The notes: generated by a model not told the origin, from the letters alone. A stretch of 64,000 bases of DNA from Candidatus Gugararchaeum adminiculabundum (GCA_902384795.1 CABMDC010000001.1:79429-143428); one strand, 5' to 3'. Shown: positions 1-9,809, counted from the stretch's first letter. Translations and numbers: made by a program.

Positions 1-531
1 GAGGAAAACATAAACCAGGCAATCCAGACAGCTGCCGAGGCAATTCCAACTGCTCCCAGCGCTGGAAGAAAGAAAATAATGCCAGAGCCAATGCCCGAGG
101 AAGAAGTAGCACAGGAAAAGAAGCCCGCAAAGCCGGCTCCAAAAGCCAAGCCAGCAGTTGGCAAGAAGAAACCACTGGCTCCTGCTCCAACAGAGGAAGA
201 GGCGGCTCCAGCGGCCGAAGCAGAGGAAGCAGCCCCTGCAAAGGCGCCGCCAACCTCGAGCGTTGGCAAGGATTTCCTGGAAGCCCGCTACGGAGTTTTG
301 AAAGCCAATATCGAGGAATTTGAAAAGCTTTCCAACAATGCAACCAGCCTGGGAGTGGACGTGATGAAGGAGAGCCAGCAGCTGTTCGCCATTTCGCTTG
401 ATGACGTTGACAACAAGATCACCGAGCAGGATTATGACGAGGCCTGGCGCCTGATTGAGGATGCGATTAAAATTTCCGAGGACTGCGTCACAAGAATTAA
501 TGTGAAACTGAGAAAGGCAAGGGGTATCTGA
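1..531 (+). CDS. Hypothetical protein, probably 5'-partial. It has a K/A/P/E-rich low-complexity N-terminal region and a structured C-terminal half.
   Basis: Frame 1 is open from base 1 through the listed ATG at 79 to the stop at 531. Composition is protein-like. I recognise no motif. Confidence 0.4.
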   Translation, partial: EENINQAIQTAAEAIPTAPSAGRKKIMPEPMPEEEVAQEKKPAKPAPKAKPAVGKKKPLAPAPTEEEAAPAAEAEEAAPAKAPPTSSVGKDFLEARYGVLKANIEEFEKLSNNATSLGVDVMKESQQLFAISLDDVDNKITEQDYDEAWRLIEDAIKISEDCVTRINVKLRKARGI

Positions 532-568
532 TTATAATTAAAAGGCATCCCGACAAACTATTTCTCCT

Positions 569-1591
569 ATGGTCAAATGCATCAAGGTAAAGAAAACAGA
601 GTGCGAGCCCCTGCGCAAAAAGCTAATCTCACAAGGAGCCCTGGACCTAAACTACTCCCTGAAGCAGGATGGCGATTTCATCCTTCTCCCAGTGGTGCGC
701 GCAATCCCCGGCCAGAAATTGGTTGAAGCAAAACTGGAGAAAAGAAAGCTTGAGCCGCACTCGCTCAGCCAAGCGCTTGCTGGCAAACTGACTGAAAAAG
801 AGCTCAAGCAACTGGTCACCTCATTCGACATGATCGGCTCAATCGCGGTTGTTGAAATCCCTGTTTCCCTCCTGAAAAAGGAGAAGATGATTGCAGATGC
901 AATAATGAAAGTCAATAGGAGAATCAAGACAGTGGCAAAGAAAACAAGCCCAATGCAGGGCAAATTCCGCGTTCGGAAAATGAAAGTGATTGGCGGAAAA
1001 AAATCCCTGGAAACAATTTACAGGGAAAGCGGATGCTCGTTCAAACTAGATGTTTCCAAGGTTTATTTCTCCCCTAGATTGGCAACTGAGCGCGAAAGAA
1101 TTGCAAACCAGGTGAAGAAAGGAGAAAGAGTTTTGGCGCTCTTCGCAGGAGTAGCCCCATTCCCAATCGTTATTGCAAGCAAAGTTCCAAATTGCGAAAT
1201 AGCCGCCATTGAACTCAACCCTGCTGCGACAAAATACGCCAAGGAAAACGTCAAGCTCAACAAGTTTGAAAAGCAGATTCAGATTTTCACAGGTGATGTG
1301 CGCAAAATAGTCCCTCAAAAATTCAAGGGCTGGGCAGACCGCGTTCTCATGCCGCTTCCCAAATCCGCCGAGCAATTCCTGGACATCGCCCTGATGGGGG
1401 CAAAGAAAGGGGCAACAATTCATTTCTACTCATTTGGCAATGTGGAAAGCCCTTTCAGCAATGCCAGGGATTTCATCTCCCAGGCGGCCCTTTCCTCAGG
1501 CAGGTCGGTCAGGATAGTCAACGAGCACATTGTCCGCCCCTATGCCCCGCGCGTGGTGCAGGTGACCGTGGACTTCATCACCCTCAACTGA
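569..1591 (+). CDS. trm5: tRNA (guanine37-N1)-methyltransferase of the Trm5/Taw2 (Met-10+) family
   Basis: 340 aa. Class I SAM-MTase core (LALFAGVAPFPIVIA, ELNPAA, TGDVRKI) with the N-terminal D1-like domain typical of archaeal Trm5. Confidence 0.6.
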   Translation: MVKCIKVKKTECEPLRKKLISQGALDLNYSLKQDGDFILLPVVRAIPGQKLVEAKLEKRKLEPHSLSQALAGKLTEKELKQLVTSFDMIGSIAVVEIPVSLLKKEKMIADAIMKVNRRIKTVAKKTSPMQGKFRVRKMKVIGGKKSLETIYRESGCSFKLDVSKVYFSPRLATERERIANQVKKGERVLALFAGVAPFPIVIASKVPNCEIAAIELNPAATKYAKENVKLNKFEKQIQIFTGDVRKIVPQKFKGWADRVLMPLPKSAEQFLDIALMGAKKGATIHFYSFGNVESPFSNARDFISQAALSSGRSVRIVNEHIVRPYAPRVVQVTVDFITLN

Positions 1592-1652
1592 ATGGCGAAT
1601 GCCCGGATCACAACTAATTACTATTATATACTCCAAAACCCAATATTTTTGC

Positions 1653-2522
1653 ATGCCTCCCAAAAAGAAGATCAGCGAAGCGGACGAGGAAGCCAATTCG
1701 CATCTCACTGACGAAGAGTTCGGCGACGAGGAGGAAAGGGAAAAGGAGCAGCAGAAGAACGAATTTCTAAGTGAAGGAGCGTACGGCGGGCAAAAGGAGC
1801 TAAATTTAGAAAAGTTAGTTTCGCTTCCCACCTGGCGCGAAATGATCCTTGATTTGGTTGAAAGCGAGAAATTAGATCCCTGGAACATAGACATGGCAGA
1901 GGTCACTGACAAATACATCCAGCGCGTGCGCAAAATGCAGACCCTTGATTTGCGTGTTCCTGCCAACCTAATATTAGCAGCCGCAATTCTTTTGAAATTC
2001 AAGAGCGATGCGCTCAAATTCGAGGAACAGGAGCAGGTCGCAGAGGACAATGTTTTCATTGACGAGGGGGCGGCAGGAGATGTGGAAGAAGTTCCAGTTC
2101 TAGAGCTGCGCACAAGAATTCCCCCGAAAACAAAAGTCACCCTTGAAGAATTGATGACAGCAATGGAGGAAGTTTTCGAGGATCAGAGGAAGCGCGAAAT
2201 GAAACTGCTGGATGCGGTTCCCGAGTCGGGCTCCCCGCTTCAGATTAATGTCCCCAAATACGACATGGAGGACAGGATGAAGGAAATGCTCACGCGCATA
2301 GAAGAGACAACCGATTCAGAAGGGCTTGTGCTCTTTTCCTCCCTGCTCACGGAGAAAACCTCGGAGCAGCTGATAATGACATTGCTCCCGTTGCTCCACC
2401 TGGCGCAAAACAATAAAATATCCCTTAAGCAGGAAAAGATGTTCGGCGAAATTATAATTAGGCTCCTAAGCCTAAAGAACGATGATATAAATGGTTCGGA
2501 AACAAAAGAAGCAGCAGAGTAA
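1653..2522 (+). CDS. scpA: Segregation and condensation protein A (ScpA kleisin)-like
   Basis: The core LDLVESEKLDPWNIDMAEVTDKYIQ...LRVPANLILAAAILLKFKS matches the ScpA N-terminal winged-helix region. The likely start is ATG 1653 (MPPKKK), with TATA ttatata at 1624-1630 about 26 bp upstream, so the transcript is probably leaderless. Confidence 0.6.
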   Translation: MPPKKKISEADEEANSHLTDEEFGDEEEREKEQQKNEFLSEGAYGGQKELNLEKLVSLPTWREMILDLVESEKLDPWNIDMAEVTDKYIQRVRKMQTLDLRVPANLILAAAILLKFKSDALKFEEQEQVAEDNVFIDEGAAGDVEEVPVLELRTRIPPKTKVTLEELMTAMEEVFEDQRKREMKLLDAVPESGSPLQINVPKYDMEDRMKEMLTRIEETTDSEGLVLFSSLLTEKTSEQLIMTLLPLLHLAQNNKISLKQEKMFGEIIIRLLSLKNDDINGSETKEAAE

Positions 2523-3441
2523 ACCAGTTGAAAAGGCGACGAAGATGAAATCAGCCCTTTCTCTTTTGCGAAAAGAGAAAGCCCCGAATGGGAAAGAGAA
2601 AACCGTTGAAAAGGCGACAAAAATGAAAAGTAAAAAACCGACTAAGGCTACTGTGCAGAAAGCTGCCAAAAAGAAATCCGCTCCTCGAGTTTCACCGGAT
2701 TCAGATCCATCCCTGGAGGTAGTTGACATTCAGCACGATTTGCAGTCAGCGGAAATCCCGGACGAATCCGCCCTTGATTTACAGGAAGAGGAGCCGGACC
2801 TGGAAAAAACCGGAATACGGGCAGAAGAACCCGCCCCGGCAAGCGAAGTCGAGCAGATAGCCGAACAAATACAGGAGCCAAAGCAGGAAGAAAAAAAAGA
2901 AATAGCAGCCATCGTATCCTCGGAACCGGTTCAGGCAATTCTCGCTCCAGAGCAGCCGGCGGCAATTATAATACCAAAAACAGTCGGCAATCCCGATGCA
3001 CGCAGGGTGATTGAGGCATCGCTTTTCACGGCTTCAGCGCACCTTACAATTGAAGAGTTGGCAAAAGTCGTTGGCACGCGCTCCATTCCTTTCGTACAAA
3101 GTGAAATCGCAATTCTCCAGAAGGAATACGACGACAGGCAGAGCGCCATTTCCATCAACCAGGAGGATGGCAAATACATCATGCGCGTGAAATCCAACTA
3201 TGCGCCAAAAGTAAAACCACTTACAAAAGAAACCGAAATTTCCAAGGGCGCTCTCAAAGTATTAGGCTTCATTTACAAGAGCGATGGAATCACCAAGAAC
3301 TCGCTCGTCAGAAAACTGGGCTCAACCGTCTACCAATACGTGGCCGAGCTGACGGAAAACGAGTTCATAGTCCAAAAGCCGAAAGGAAGGACAAAATCGC
3401 TCCATACGACGCAGAAGTTCAAGGGATACTTCGGGGTTTGA
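2491..3441 (+). CDS. scpB: Segregation and condensation protein B (ScpB)-like with a Lys-rich repetitive N-terminus
   Basis: The C-terminal 170 aa (RRVIEASLFTASAHLTIEELAKVV...KGALKVLGFIYKSDGITK...GRTKSLHTTQKFKGYFGV) match the ScpB tandem winged-helix. It overlaps the scpA 3' end by 32 nt and carries the SD-like GATGATATAAATGG context. The N-terminus repeats VEKATKMKS twice. Confidence 0.6.
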   Translation: MVRKQKKQQSKPVEKATKMKSALSLLRKEKAPNGKEKTVEKATKMKSKKPTKATVQKAAKKKSAPRVSPDSDPSLEVVDIQHDLQSAEIPDESALDLQEEEPDLEKTGIRAEEPAPASEVEQIAEQIQEPKQEEKKEIAAIVSSEPVQAILAPEQPAAIIIPKTVGNPDARRVIEASLFTASAHLTIEELAKVVGTRSIPFVQSEIAILQKEYDDRQSAISINQEDGKYIMRVKSNYAPKVKPLTKETEISKGALKVLGFIYKSDGITKNSLVRKLGSTVYQYVAELTENEFIVQKPKGRTKSLHTTQKFKGYFGV

Positions 3442-3685
3442 GACGGTTCCCTTGCCCACAATCTATATAAACCATTTCTCCCATATCAATACAGAGCTTT
3501 AAGTGATGGCAAACCCGGCCAATAATTGGGCCTCATTGATTTAAAGCATAAAGACAGTTCGCTGGCCCTTTTTTGCTTGAGGCAAAAAAGCCCCAGGGGA
3601 AAAGGGAAAACGGAGTTTTTCTGTTAGCACTGCTCGCAGAAATTTTTTCGTCAAGTTAACTTTCGTCATAAATACGTGATGCCAC

Positions 3686-4666
3686 ATGGCAATGAAAAAC
3701 AGGCACCGACACGGATCATTGGCTTTCAGGCCAAGAGTGCGCGCATGGAAACAGGTACCGCGCGTGAATAGCTGGGCACCCAGCGAGCACACCGGCCTCC
3801 TGGGTTTCGCAGGCTATAAGGCAGGCATGACTCACATTCAAATGACCGAAGACGAGGAATCCCCGGCAAAAGGCCAGGAAGTCTCGGTCCCGGTCACGAT
3901 TTTAGAGGCGCCCGCAATCACCATCTATGGTGTGCGCGCCTACAAAGGAACCTATGACAAGTGCGTTTCCTTTGACATTATTTCGGACGATGAAAAAATC
4001 CTGAAAGCGATCGGCGTTAACACCTCGAAAAAGAAAAAAGTCGAACCTCCTTCTGATGTTGATAAAAAGCTCGCATCCGTGCGCTCCATTTTTGTTCTCT
4101 GCTATGTTTCCTCTTCAGCCACAGGCATTGGCAAGAAAATAAACGAGAAAATGGAAATCGCGGTTGGCGGAAAAAGCGTGAAGGAACAATTTGAATTCGC
4201 AAAAACACTCCTTGGCAAGACAGTGAAGGCAAGCGAAGTTTTCAAGCCAGGGGAATACGTTGACGCAATCGGAGTCACAAAAGGAAAGGGCTGGCAGGGC
4301 GCAGTGAAAAGATTCGGCGTTGCCCAGCAAAGGCCCAAGGCCACGAGCAAGAGAAGGCACGTGGGCACTCTCGGCCCCTGGACTCCCTCCTACGTTATGT
4401 ACACAACCCCCATGGCAGGGCAGATGGGTTATCACAGCAGGACCGAATTGAACAAAAGAATTTTGAAAATCGGCGCTGGAACCGAGGTAAACCCCAAGGG
4501 CGGTTTCCTCCAATACGGAATTGTGAAGAACGATTACATTATGGTAAAAGGCTCGGTCGCAGGCCCGAGAAAAAGATTAATCCGCCTGAGAAAATCAGTG
4601 AGAAAAATCGGCGATGTGAAGGCGCCCGATGTGAGTTACATTTCAGTTGAATCAAAACAGCAGTAA
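3686..4666 (+). CDS. rpl3: 50S ribosomal protein L3 (uL3)
   Basis: GSLAFRPRVRA N-terminus and the QMGYHSRTE motif, at the canonical first position of the archaeal cluster. GTGAT SD lies 5 nt upstream. Confidence 0.92.
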   Translation: MAMKNRHRHGSLAFRPRVRAWKQVPRVNSWAPSEHTGLLGFAGYKAGMTHIQMTEDEESPAKGQEVSVPVTILEAPAITIYGVRAYKGTYDKCVSFDIISDDEKILKAIGVNTSKKKKVEPPSDVDKKLASVRSIFVLCYVSSSATGIGKKINEKMEIAVGGKSVKEQFEFAKTLLGKTVKASEVFKPGEYVDAIGVTKGKGWQGAVKRFGVAQQRPKATSKRRHVGTLGPWTPSYVMYTTPMAGQMGYHSRTELNKRILKIGAGTEVNPKGGFLQYGIVKNDYIMVKGSVAGPRKRLIRLRKSVRKIGDVKAPDVSYISVESKQQ

Positions 4667-4695
4667 TGATAGAATGAAAATAATTTGTGATGTTC

Positions 4696-5490
4696 ATGAA
4701 AGCAGATGTTTTATCCATTGAAGGAAAAGTCCTGAAGCAGGTAGAACTGCCGGCGCAGTTCGGGAACTTTGTGCGCGTAGAGCTAATCAGGCGCGCGGTT
4801 CTTTCCGAGCAGAGCGAGCGCTACCAGCCAAAAGGCCCTTACAAATACGCAGGATTGGAAACATCCGCAAAATACAGGGGAAGAAAAGAGGCCTATGCTT
4901 CCAACAAAAATAAAGGAGAATCCATGCTCCCGCACGAGGTTTTGCCCAAGGGCAGGTACGGAAAAGTCAAGAGGATTCCCAGCGCCGTAAAAGGAAGGCG
5001 CGCACATCCGCCCAAGCCAGAGCACATCATAGTTGAAAGAATCAATGCCAAGGAACACGAAAAAGCGATTGCATCGGCAATTGCGGCAACCGCGAGCGCA
5101 CAATACGTGAAAGCACGCGGCCATGTTTTCGACGCAAAAATAAAGCTTCCATTAATACTCGAAACAAAAGTCGAAGAAATCGCAAAGGCAAAGGACTTTG
5201 CTTCGCTCATTGAAAAGCTCGGCATCGCATCCGATGTGGAGCGCGCCAAGGACAGGGCGAAGAAGAGAAGCGGAGTAAGGAAGAGGAAAGCAGGCAGGGT
5301 AATGCCCCGCTCTATATTAGTAGTGGCAGGCGATGCGAACGCGGCAATCCTAAAGGCAGCGCGCAACATCGCAGGCGTTGACGTTGCAAGCATAGATGAA
5401 TTGGACGCGGAAATGCTCGCGCCAGGCTCAAACCCAGGGAGATTGACACTCTGGACCGAGAGTGCGATTGAGAAGTTAAGGGGCGCATAA
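4696..5490 (+). CDS. rpl4: 50S ribosomal protein L4 (uL4)
   Basis: Cluster position. Start placed at ATG 4696 after GTGATGTTCATG (MKADVL). Archaeal L4 length. Confidence 0.88.
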   Translation: MKADVLSIEGKVLKQVELPAQFGNFVRVELIRRAVLSEQSERYQPKGPYKYAGLETSAKYRGRKEAYASNKNKGESMLPHEVLPKGRYGKVKRIPSAVKGRRAHPPKPEHIIVERINAKEHEKAIASAIAATASAQYVKARGHVFDAKIKLPLILETKVEEIAKAKDFASLIEKLGIASDVERAKDRAKKRSGVRKRKAGRVMPRSILVVAGDANAAILKAARNIAGVDVASIDELDAEMLAPGSNPGRLTLWTESAIEKLRGA

Positions 5491-5492
5491 AC

Positions 5493-5744
5493 ATGGCATT
5501 AATCAAATACCCAATAACAACGGAAAAGGCAATCGGAATGATTGAGCTGCAGAACAAGATAGTGTTCGTAGTTGACAAGAGCGCAACCAAGCCCGGAGTA
5601 AAAGAGGAAGTCGAGAAAACATTCGGGGTCAAGGTCGCGCAGGTCAACATCCTCATAACCCCCAAGGGGCAGAAGCGCGCCTATGTCAAGCTGGCAAAAG
5701 GATTCTCAGCCGACGAGGTCGCTGCGAAGATGGGCGTCGCGTAG
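5493..5744 (+). CDS. rpl23: 50S ribosomal protein L23 (uL23)
   Basis: 83 aa at the expected cluster position, with a typical L23 fold signature (KIVFVVDKSATKPGVKEEVEKTFGVKV). Confidence 0.9.
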   Translation: MALIKYPITTEKAIGMIELQNKIVFVVDKSATKPGVKEEVEKTFGVKVAQVNILITPKGQKRAYVKLAKGFSADEVAAKMGVA

Positions 5745-5787
5745 GGCAGTTAACGTTGAATGTAGATGACAATTAATCGGTGAACAA

Positions 5788-6537
5788 ATGGGAAAGAGAC
5801 TAAGACCACAACGAAGAGGAAAAGGAACTTTCGCTTACAGCGCGCCTAGCCACAAGTACAAGGCAAACGTGCGCTTCAGGAAATTAGACGAGCTCGAGGA
5901 GCTAAACGTAATCGGAGCATCGGTCATGGAATTCATCGATGACCCGGGGAGATCAAGTTTACTAATGATGCTCAAATTGGACAATGGCGAGAAGCTCATG
6001 CTCATTGCGCCCGAGGGAATACAAGTGGGCGACCGAGTTGAAATCGGCGCAGGCGCAGGAGTAAGTCTGGGAAATGTTCTCCCGCTTTCAAGCATTCCGG
6101 ACGGCGCTCCAGTATTTAATTTGGAGCTCGCACCCGGAGACGGCGGAAAATTCGTCCGCGCATCCGGCACCAGCGCCACGGTAGTTTCGCGCGAAGGTGC
6201 AAACGTGATAATCAAGCTTCCTTCCAAGAGGATGTTGACATTCGGCGCCCAATGCCGCGCGCAGCTCGGAGTAGTTGCAGGCGGAGGGGCACTGGAAAAA
6301 CCGCTGATGACAGCAGGCAAGAGCCACTACAAGCACCACGCCCAGAACAGGACGTGGCCGTATGTGAGAGGAGTTGCCATGAACGCAGTCGCCCACCCGC
6401 ACGGAGGCAAGCAGCACCATGTCGGAAAGGGAACCGCGGTCAGCAGGAACGCACCGCCGGGACAGAAGGTCGGGCACATTGCGGCAAGAAGCACGGGAAG
6501 GAGAAAGGGAAAGAAAATCATGAATGAGCAGGAATGA
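5788..6537 (+). CDS. rpl2: 50S ribosomal protein L2 (uL2)
   Basis: Highly conserved C-terminal motif (GVAMNAVAHPHGGKQHHVGKGTAVSRNAPPGQKVG). Confidence 0.95.
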   Translation: MGKRLRPQRRGKGTFAYSAPSHKYKANVRFRKLDELEELNVIGASVMEFIDDPGRSSLLMMLKLDNGEKLMLIAPEGIQVGDRVEIGAGAGVSLGNVLPLSSIPDGAPVFNLELAPGDGGKFVRASGTSATVVSREGANVIIKLPSKRMLTFGAQCRAQLGVVAGGGALEKPLMTAGKSHYKHHAQNRTWPYVRGVAMNAVAHPHGGKQHHVGKGTAVSRNAPPGQKVGHIAARSTGRRKGKKIMNEQE

Positions 6538-6563
6538 GCAGCGAGTAATTTTGAGTGATGTTT

Positions 6564-6968
6564 ATGGCACGTGAAGAAACAACTTTCAAAGGAAAATCCA
6601 AGGAGGAATTGCTGAGCATGCCTCTTGACCAGGCACTGAAGCTGCTGAACTCCCGCTCGCGCCGCGCGGTCAAGCGCACATCAAAGCAGAATTACCGGTT
6701 CAAGGATCTGATGAAACACGTTGCACAAATTCGCAAAGCAGGGCAGAAGAAACCCATCCGGACACAGGTGCGCGATGCGGTGATAATGCCCGACTGGCTC
6801 GGAATGCAGTTCGCGGTGCACAATGGAAAGGATTACAAATTGGTTGATATTACCGTCGAGAAAATCGGCTACAGGCTCGGGGATTTCGCGCACACAACCG
6901 GCAGGGTTTTGCACTCTGGCCCAGGAGTTGGCGCAACCAGGAGCTCCAAGTTTATCCCGCTCAAGTAA
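6564..6968 (+). CDS. rps19: 30S ribosomal protein S19 (uS19)
   Basis: GKDYKLVDITVEKIGYRLGDFAHTTGRVLHSGPGVGAT. Start at ATG 6564 after GTGATGTTTATG. Confidence 0.93.
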   Translation: MAREETTFKGKSKEELLSMPLDQALKLLNSRSRRAVKRTSKQNYRFKDLMKHVAQIRKAGQKKPIRTQVRDAVIMPDWLGMQFAVHNGKDYKLVDITVEKIGYRLGDFAHTTGRVLHSGPGVGATRSSKFIPLK

Positions 6969-6981
6969 GCATGTGATAATT

Positions 6982-7560
6982 ATGCCAAATTTCGGATATG
7001 GATTCAAGGAAGAAAAAGGAAGGCAGTACGCCTATGCCCAGCGCTACGATGTGAACGCGAGCTACAAGGATTTGGCATGCGTGTGCGACAATGTGCGCTA
7101 CAGAAGGATTGAGGATGCCATCGGCTATTTGGAACTCGCGGCCGAGGGAAAGCAGGCAGTGCGCTTCAGGCATTACAACAAGAGGCTCGCGCACCGGAAG
7201 GAGCTCGGCGGAAGGAAAGGAAAATTCCCCATGCTCGCCTCCAGCTATGTGCTTGACCTGGTGAGAAATCTCGGGGCAAACGCCGAGGCAAAGGGACTCA
7301 TGGAACCGGTTATCGCTCACATCTCTGCGAACAAGCAGCAGATTTACCCGCGCACAGCTCCGCGCGGAAGATGGAGGAGAAACAATTACGAGACCGCAAG
7401 GCTCGAGGCCGTTGCCTGCGAGGCAAAGGGATTCGAGAAGGCAAGGCTTGTGGGCAAGGTAAAGACAGACCTGAAGGTTATGAAAAAGGAAAAAGTAAAA
7501 ATCAAAAAAGAAGTGAAACAGGAGCAAAAAGTCCATGAGAAAGTCGCGATACCCGCGTAA
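6982..7560 (+). CDS. rpl22: 50S ribosomal protein L22 (uL22)
   Basis: YAYAQRYDVNASYKDLACV...ISANKQQIYPR is L22-like. ATG 6982 follows GTGATAATTATG immediately after the rps19 stop. Confidence 0.85.
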   Translation: MPNFGYGFKEEKGRQYAYAQRYDVNASYKDLACVCDNVRYRRIEDAIGYLELAAEGKQAVRFRHYNKRLAHRKELGGRKGKFPMLASSYVLDLVRNLGANAEAKGLMEPVIAHISANKQQIYPRTAPRGRWRRNNYETARLEAVACEAKGFEKARLVGKVKTDLKVMKKEKVKIKKEVKQEQKVHEKVAIPA

Positions 7561-7581
7561 AGTTTATACCGAGGTTGTTGA

Positions 7582-8355
7582 ATGGTAGTTGAAAGGAAAT
7601 TTATTGAAGATGCGATTGCGCGCTACAATGTTAGCAAATTCCTAGAGGGAGAACTGGACAGGGCGGGCTTTTCGAAAGTCGACATCCAGAGGACCCCCAT
7701 GGTCACGCGCATCAGCGTTTCAGTAACCACCCCCGGTAGAGTAATCGGCCGCAAGGGCAAGAGCATTCGCGATTTGACAGAGGCAATTGAAAAGGAATTT
7801 GACATCAGCAACCCGCAGATTTCCGTTGCCAGCGTTTCCGAGCCTTCGCTTGACCCGAGATTAATGGCTAAGAAGGCAGTGAAAGGAATTGAAATGGGCA
7901 AGAACCTGCGCAGAATTTTGCAATTTTTACTCAAGGAAATCATGGACGCAGGAGCGCTGGGCGCAGAAATTGTCGCCAGTGGAAAAATCGTTGCCAAGGG
8001 AGGCCGCGCAAAAACCAAGAGAGTGTTCGCAGGCTATATCCCAAAGGCAGGTGAGCCCGCACGTTTGGTTCACGAGGCCCATGTTACCGCTTACCCGAAA
8101 TCCGGAGCAATCGGAGTGCTGGTGAGAATCGTAATGCCAGGCACGGAATTCCCGGACAAGAAGATACTCAAGCCGCTCGCATTGCCCAGGGTAATCGCAG
8201 CCGCAACCGAGGATGAAATCAATTCCAGCAGGGAAGAAACCGAGGCGGCCGATGCGGAGAAGAAGAAGCTCGCAGCAGCGGCCCAGGACGCCCGCAGAAG
8301 GATGCCCGCCCAGAAGAGGTCGGCTCCGCGCAGGCACCCGCAAAAGAGGCGTTAA
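7582..8355 (+). CDS. rps3: 30S ribosomal protein S3 (uS3) with a C-terminal K/A/R-rich tail
   Basis: KH-domain N-terminus (RISVSVTTPGRVIGRKGKSIRDL) and conserved S3 core. Confidence 0.93.
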   Translation: MVVERKFIEDAIARYNVSKFLEGELDRAGFSKVDIQRTPMVTRISVSVTTPGRVIGRKGKSIRDLTEAIEKEFDISNPQISVASVSEPSLDPRLMAKKAVKGIEMGKNLRRILQFLLKEIMDAGALGAEIVASGKIVAKGGRAKTKRVFAGYIPKAGEPARLVHEAHVTAYPKSGAIGVLVRIVMPGTEFPDKKILKPLALPRVIAAATEDEINSSREETEAADAEKKKLAAAAQDARRRMPAQKRSAPRRHPQKRR

Positions 8356-8397
8356 GCGATTAGCAGAATGAAAATGCAAAATTGAAGTGTGAAGTTT

Positions 8398-8790
8398 ATG
8401 GCAATAATAAGAAGCGAAGAAGCGCGGGAACTGAATCCCAATGAAATACAGCACAGGCTCGTGGAGCTGGAGAAGGAGTACAACTCAGAGCTTGGAAAAA
8501 TCGCGGGAGGAGGCAGGCCCGAGAACCCGGGAAGAGTGCGCGAAATAAAAAAGACAATCGCACGCCTGCTCACCATAATCAAGGAGGCAGGAACGAAGAA
8601 AAGAAAATCCACGGGAAAGCGCGCCGAAAGGATTGCCCGCGGAAAAAAGCAGGCAGCTGCGAAAGCCGAGGCAAAAATAAAAGAGGCAAAGGAAAAGAAA
8701 GCCGCAGCAAAGAAGGAAAGCGAGGATGCGGCTGCGAAGTCCGAAAAATCTGACGATAACAAATCAAAGAAATTAGAAGGTGATGACTAG
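8398..8790 (+). CDS. rpl29: 50S ribosomal protein L29 (uL29) with a roughly 65-aa Lys/Ala-rich C-terminal extension
   Basis: The N-terminal 65 aa form the L29 helical hairpin (ELNPNEIQHRLVELEKEYNSEL). ATG 8398 follows GTGAAGTTTATG. Confidence 0.85.
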   Translation: MAIIRSEEARELNPNEIQHRLVELEKEYNSELGKIAGGGRPENPGRVREIKKTIARLLTIIKEAGTKKRKSTGKRAERIARGKKQAAAKAEAKIKEAKEKKAAAKKESEDAAAKSEKSDDNKSKKLEGDD

Positions 8791-8791
8791 A

Positions 8792-9097
8792 ATGGTTGAG
8801 ACATGCCCGAAATGTGGACTGATGAAGGATATCTGCGCTTGTGATGTGCTCGAAAAGGAGGACACCCTCAAGATCAAGATATACACGACCAAGAAAAAAT
8901 TTGGAAAGCTCGTGACAATCGTCGAGGGGCTTGAGGGGGAAAAGCTGGAAAAGACAGCCAAGGAACTCAAGCACAAGCTCGCAACAGGCGGCACGGCCAA
9001 AGACGGCGTGATAGTCCTTCAGGGGAATCTCAGGGACAAGGCCTTCAAGGCATTGGTGGCGCTTGGCTATGCTGAAAACAGCATCGCCCTGAGATAA
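8792..9097 (+). CDS. sui1: Translation initiation factor aIF1 / SUI1
   Basis: N-terminal zinc-ribbon-like CPKCGL...CAC followed by the SUI1 fold (KIKIYTTKKKFGKLVTIVEGL...DGVIVLQGNLRDKAFKALVALGY). Conserved position between L29 and Rpp29. Confidence 0.85.
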   Translation: MVETCPKCGLMKDICACDVLEKEDTLKIKIYTTKKKFGKLVTIVEGLEGEKLEKTAKELKHKLATGGTAKDGVIVLQGNLRDKAFKALVALGYAENSIALR

Positions 9098-9115
9098 TTG
9101 TGAATTGAACGGCAG

Positions 9116-9424
9116 GTGTTTGGATTCATAAACAAGCAAAACATTTCAGTGCATGAGTTCATCGGGCTCAGGTGCACAGTGGTGAAATCAACTTCGCTCG
9201 CGCACACAAACCTTTCGGGGATTGTGGTCGATGAGACGAAGAACACGCTGGTGCTTGGGGCGGATGGCGGCAAAGGGGGGAAAAAGGATCTGGTGGTTCC
9301 GAAAAAAACCAGCACATTCCGCTTCACCCTTCCAACCAAAGAAACCATTGATGTGGACGGCGCGAAAATTTGTTTTGCGCCCGAGGACAGGCCCAAGAAG
9401 CTGTTCGAGAGATTGAAGTTATGA
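9116..9424 (+). CDS. rnp1: RNase P protein component 1 (Rpp29/Pop4-like)
   Basis: Conserved archaeal position between aIF1 and S17. Sm-like barrel signature (EFIGLRCTVVKSTSLAHTNLSGIVVDETKNTLVL). Confidence 0.65.
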   Translation: MFGFINKQNISVHEFIGLRCTVVKSTSLAHTNLSGIVVDETKNTLVLGADGGKGGKKDLVVPKKTSTFRFTLPTKETIDVDGAKICFAPEDRPKKLFERLKL

Positions 9425-9458
9425 TTGAAGTTTGAAAATTTGAATTTGGTGTATGATC

Positions 9459-9809
9459 ATGGCAAAGAAAAAAGAAGCAAAAAAAGAAGGCGCTGATGAA
9501 GGCTCCTGCGGAGACATCAACTGCTTCAGGCACGGCGAGCTGCCAACGCGCGGCGCGGTGCTCGAAGGGGAAGTGGTGAGCGACAAGGGAAAGCGCACGG
9601 TCATAGTTGAAAGGGAACTCGTGCAGTACGTTCCGAAATACGAGCGCAGTGCAAGGACCCATTCGCGCATTCCGGCTCACAACCCGGACTGCATCGGGGC
9701 AAAGCTCGGTGATCTCGTGCACATCGCCGAGACCAGGAAAATCAGCAGTACCAAGGCATGGACCGTGGTCGACATCGTAAAGCGAAACACTGAAGGTGCG
9801 AAGAAATGA
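9459..9809 (+). CDS. rps17: 30S ribosomal protein S17 (uS17)
   Basis: GEVVSDKGKRTVIVERELVQYVPKYERSARTHSRIPAHNPD...GDLVHIAETRKISSTKAWTVV. Confidence 0.92.
   Translation: MAKKKEAKKEGADEGSCGDINCFRHGELPTRGAVLEGEVVSDKGKRTVIVERELVQYVPKYERSARTHSRIPAHNPDCIGAKLGDLVHIAETRKISSTKAWTVVDIVKRNTEGAKK

Noticed and set aside
5835-6320. 161-aa minus-strand ORF inside rpl2 (also 6088-6477 and 6252-6527)
   Set aside because: Antisense or out-of-frame to a highly conserved r-protein gene. The composition is Ser/Pro/Ala-rich noise.
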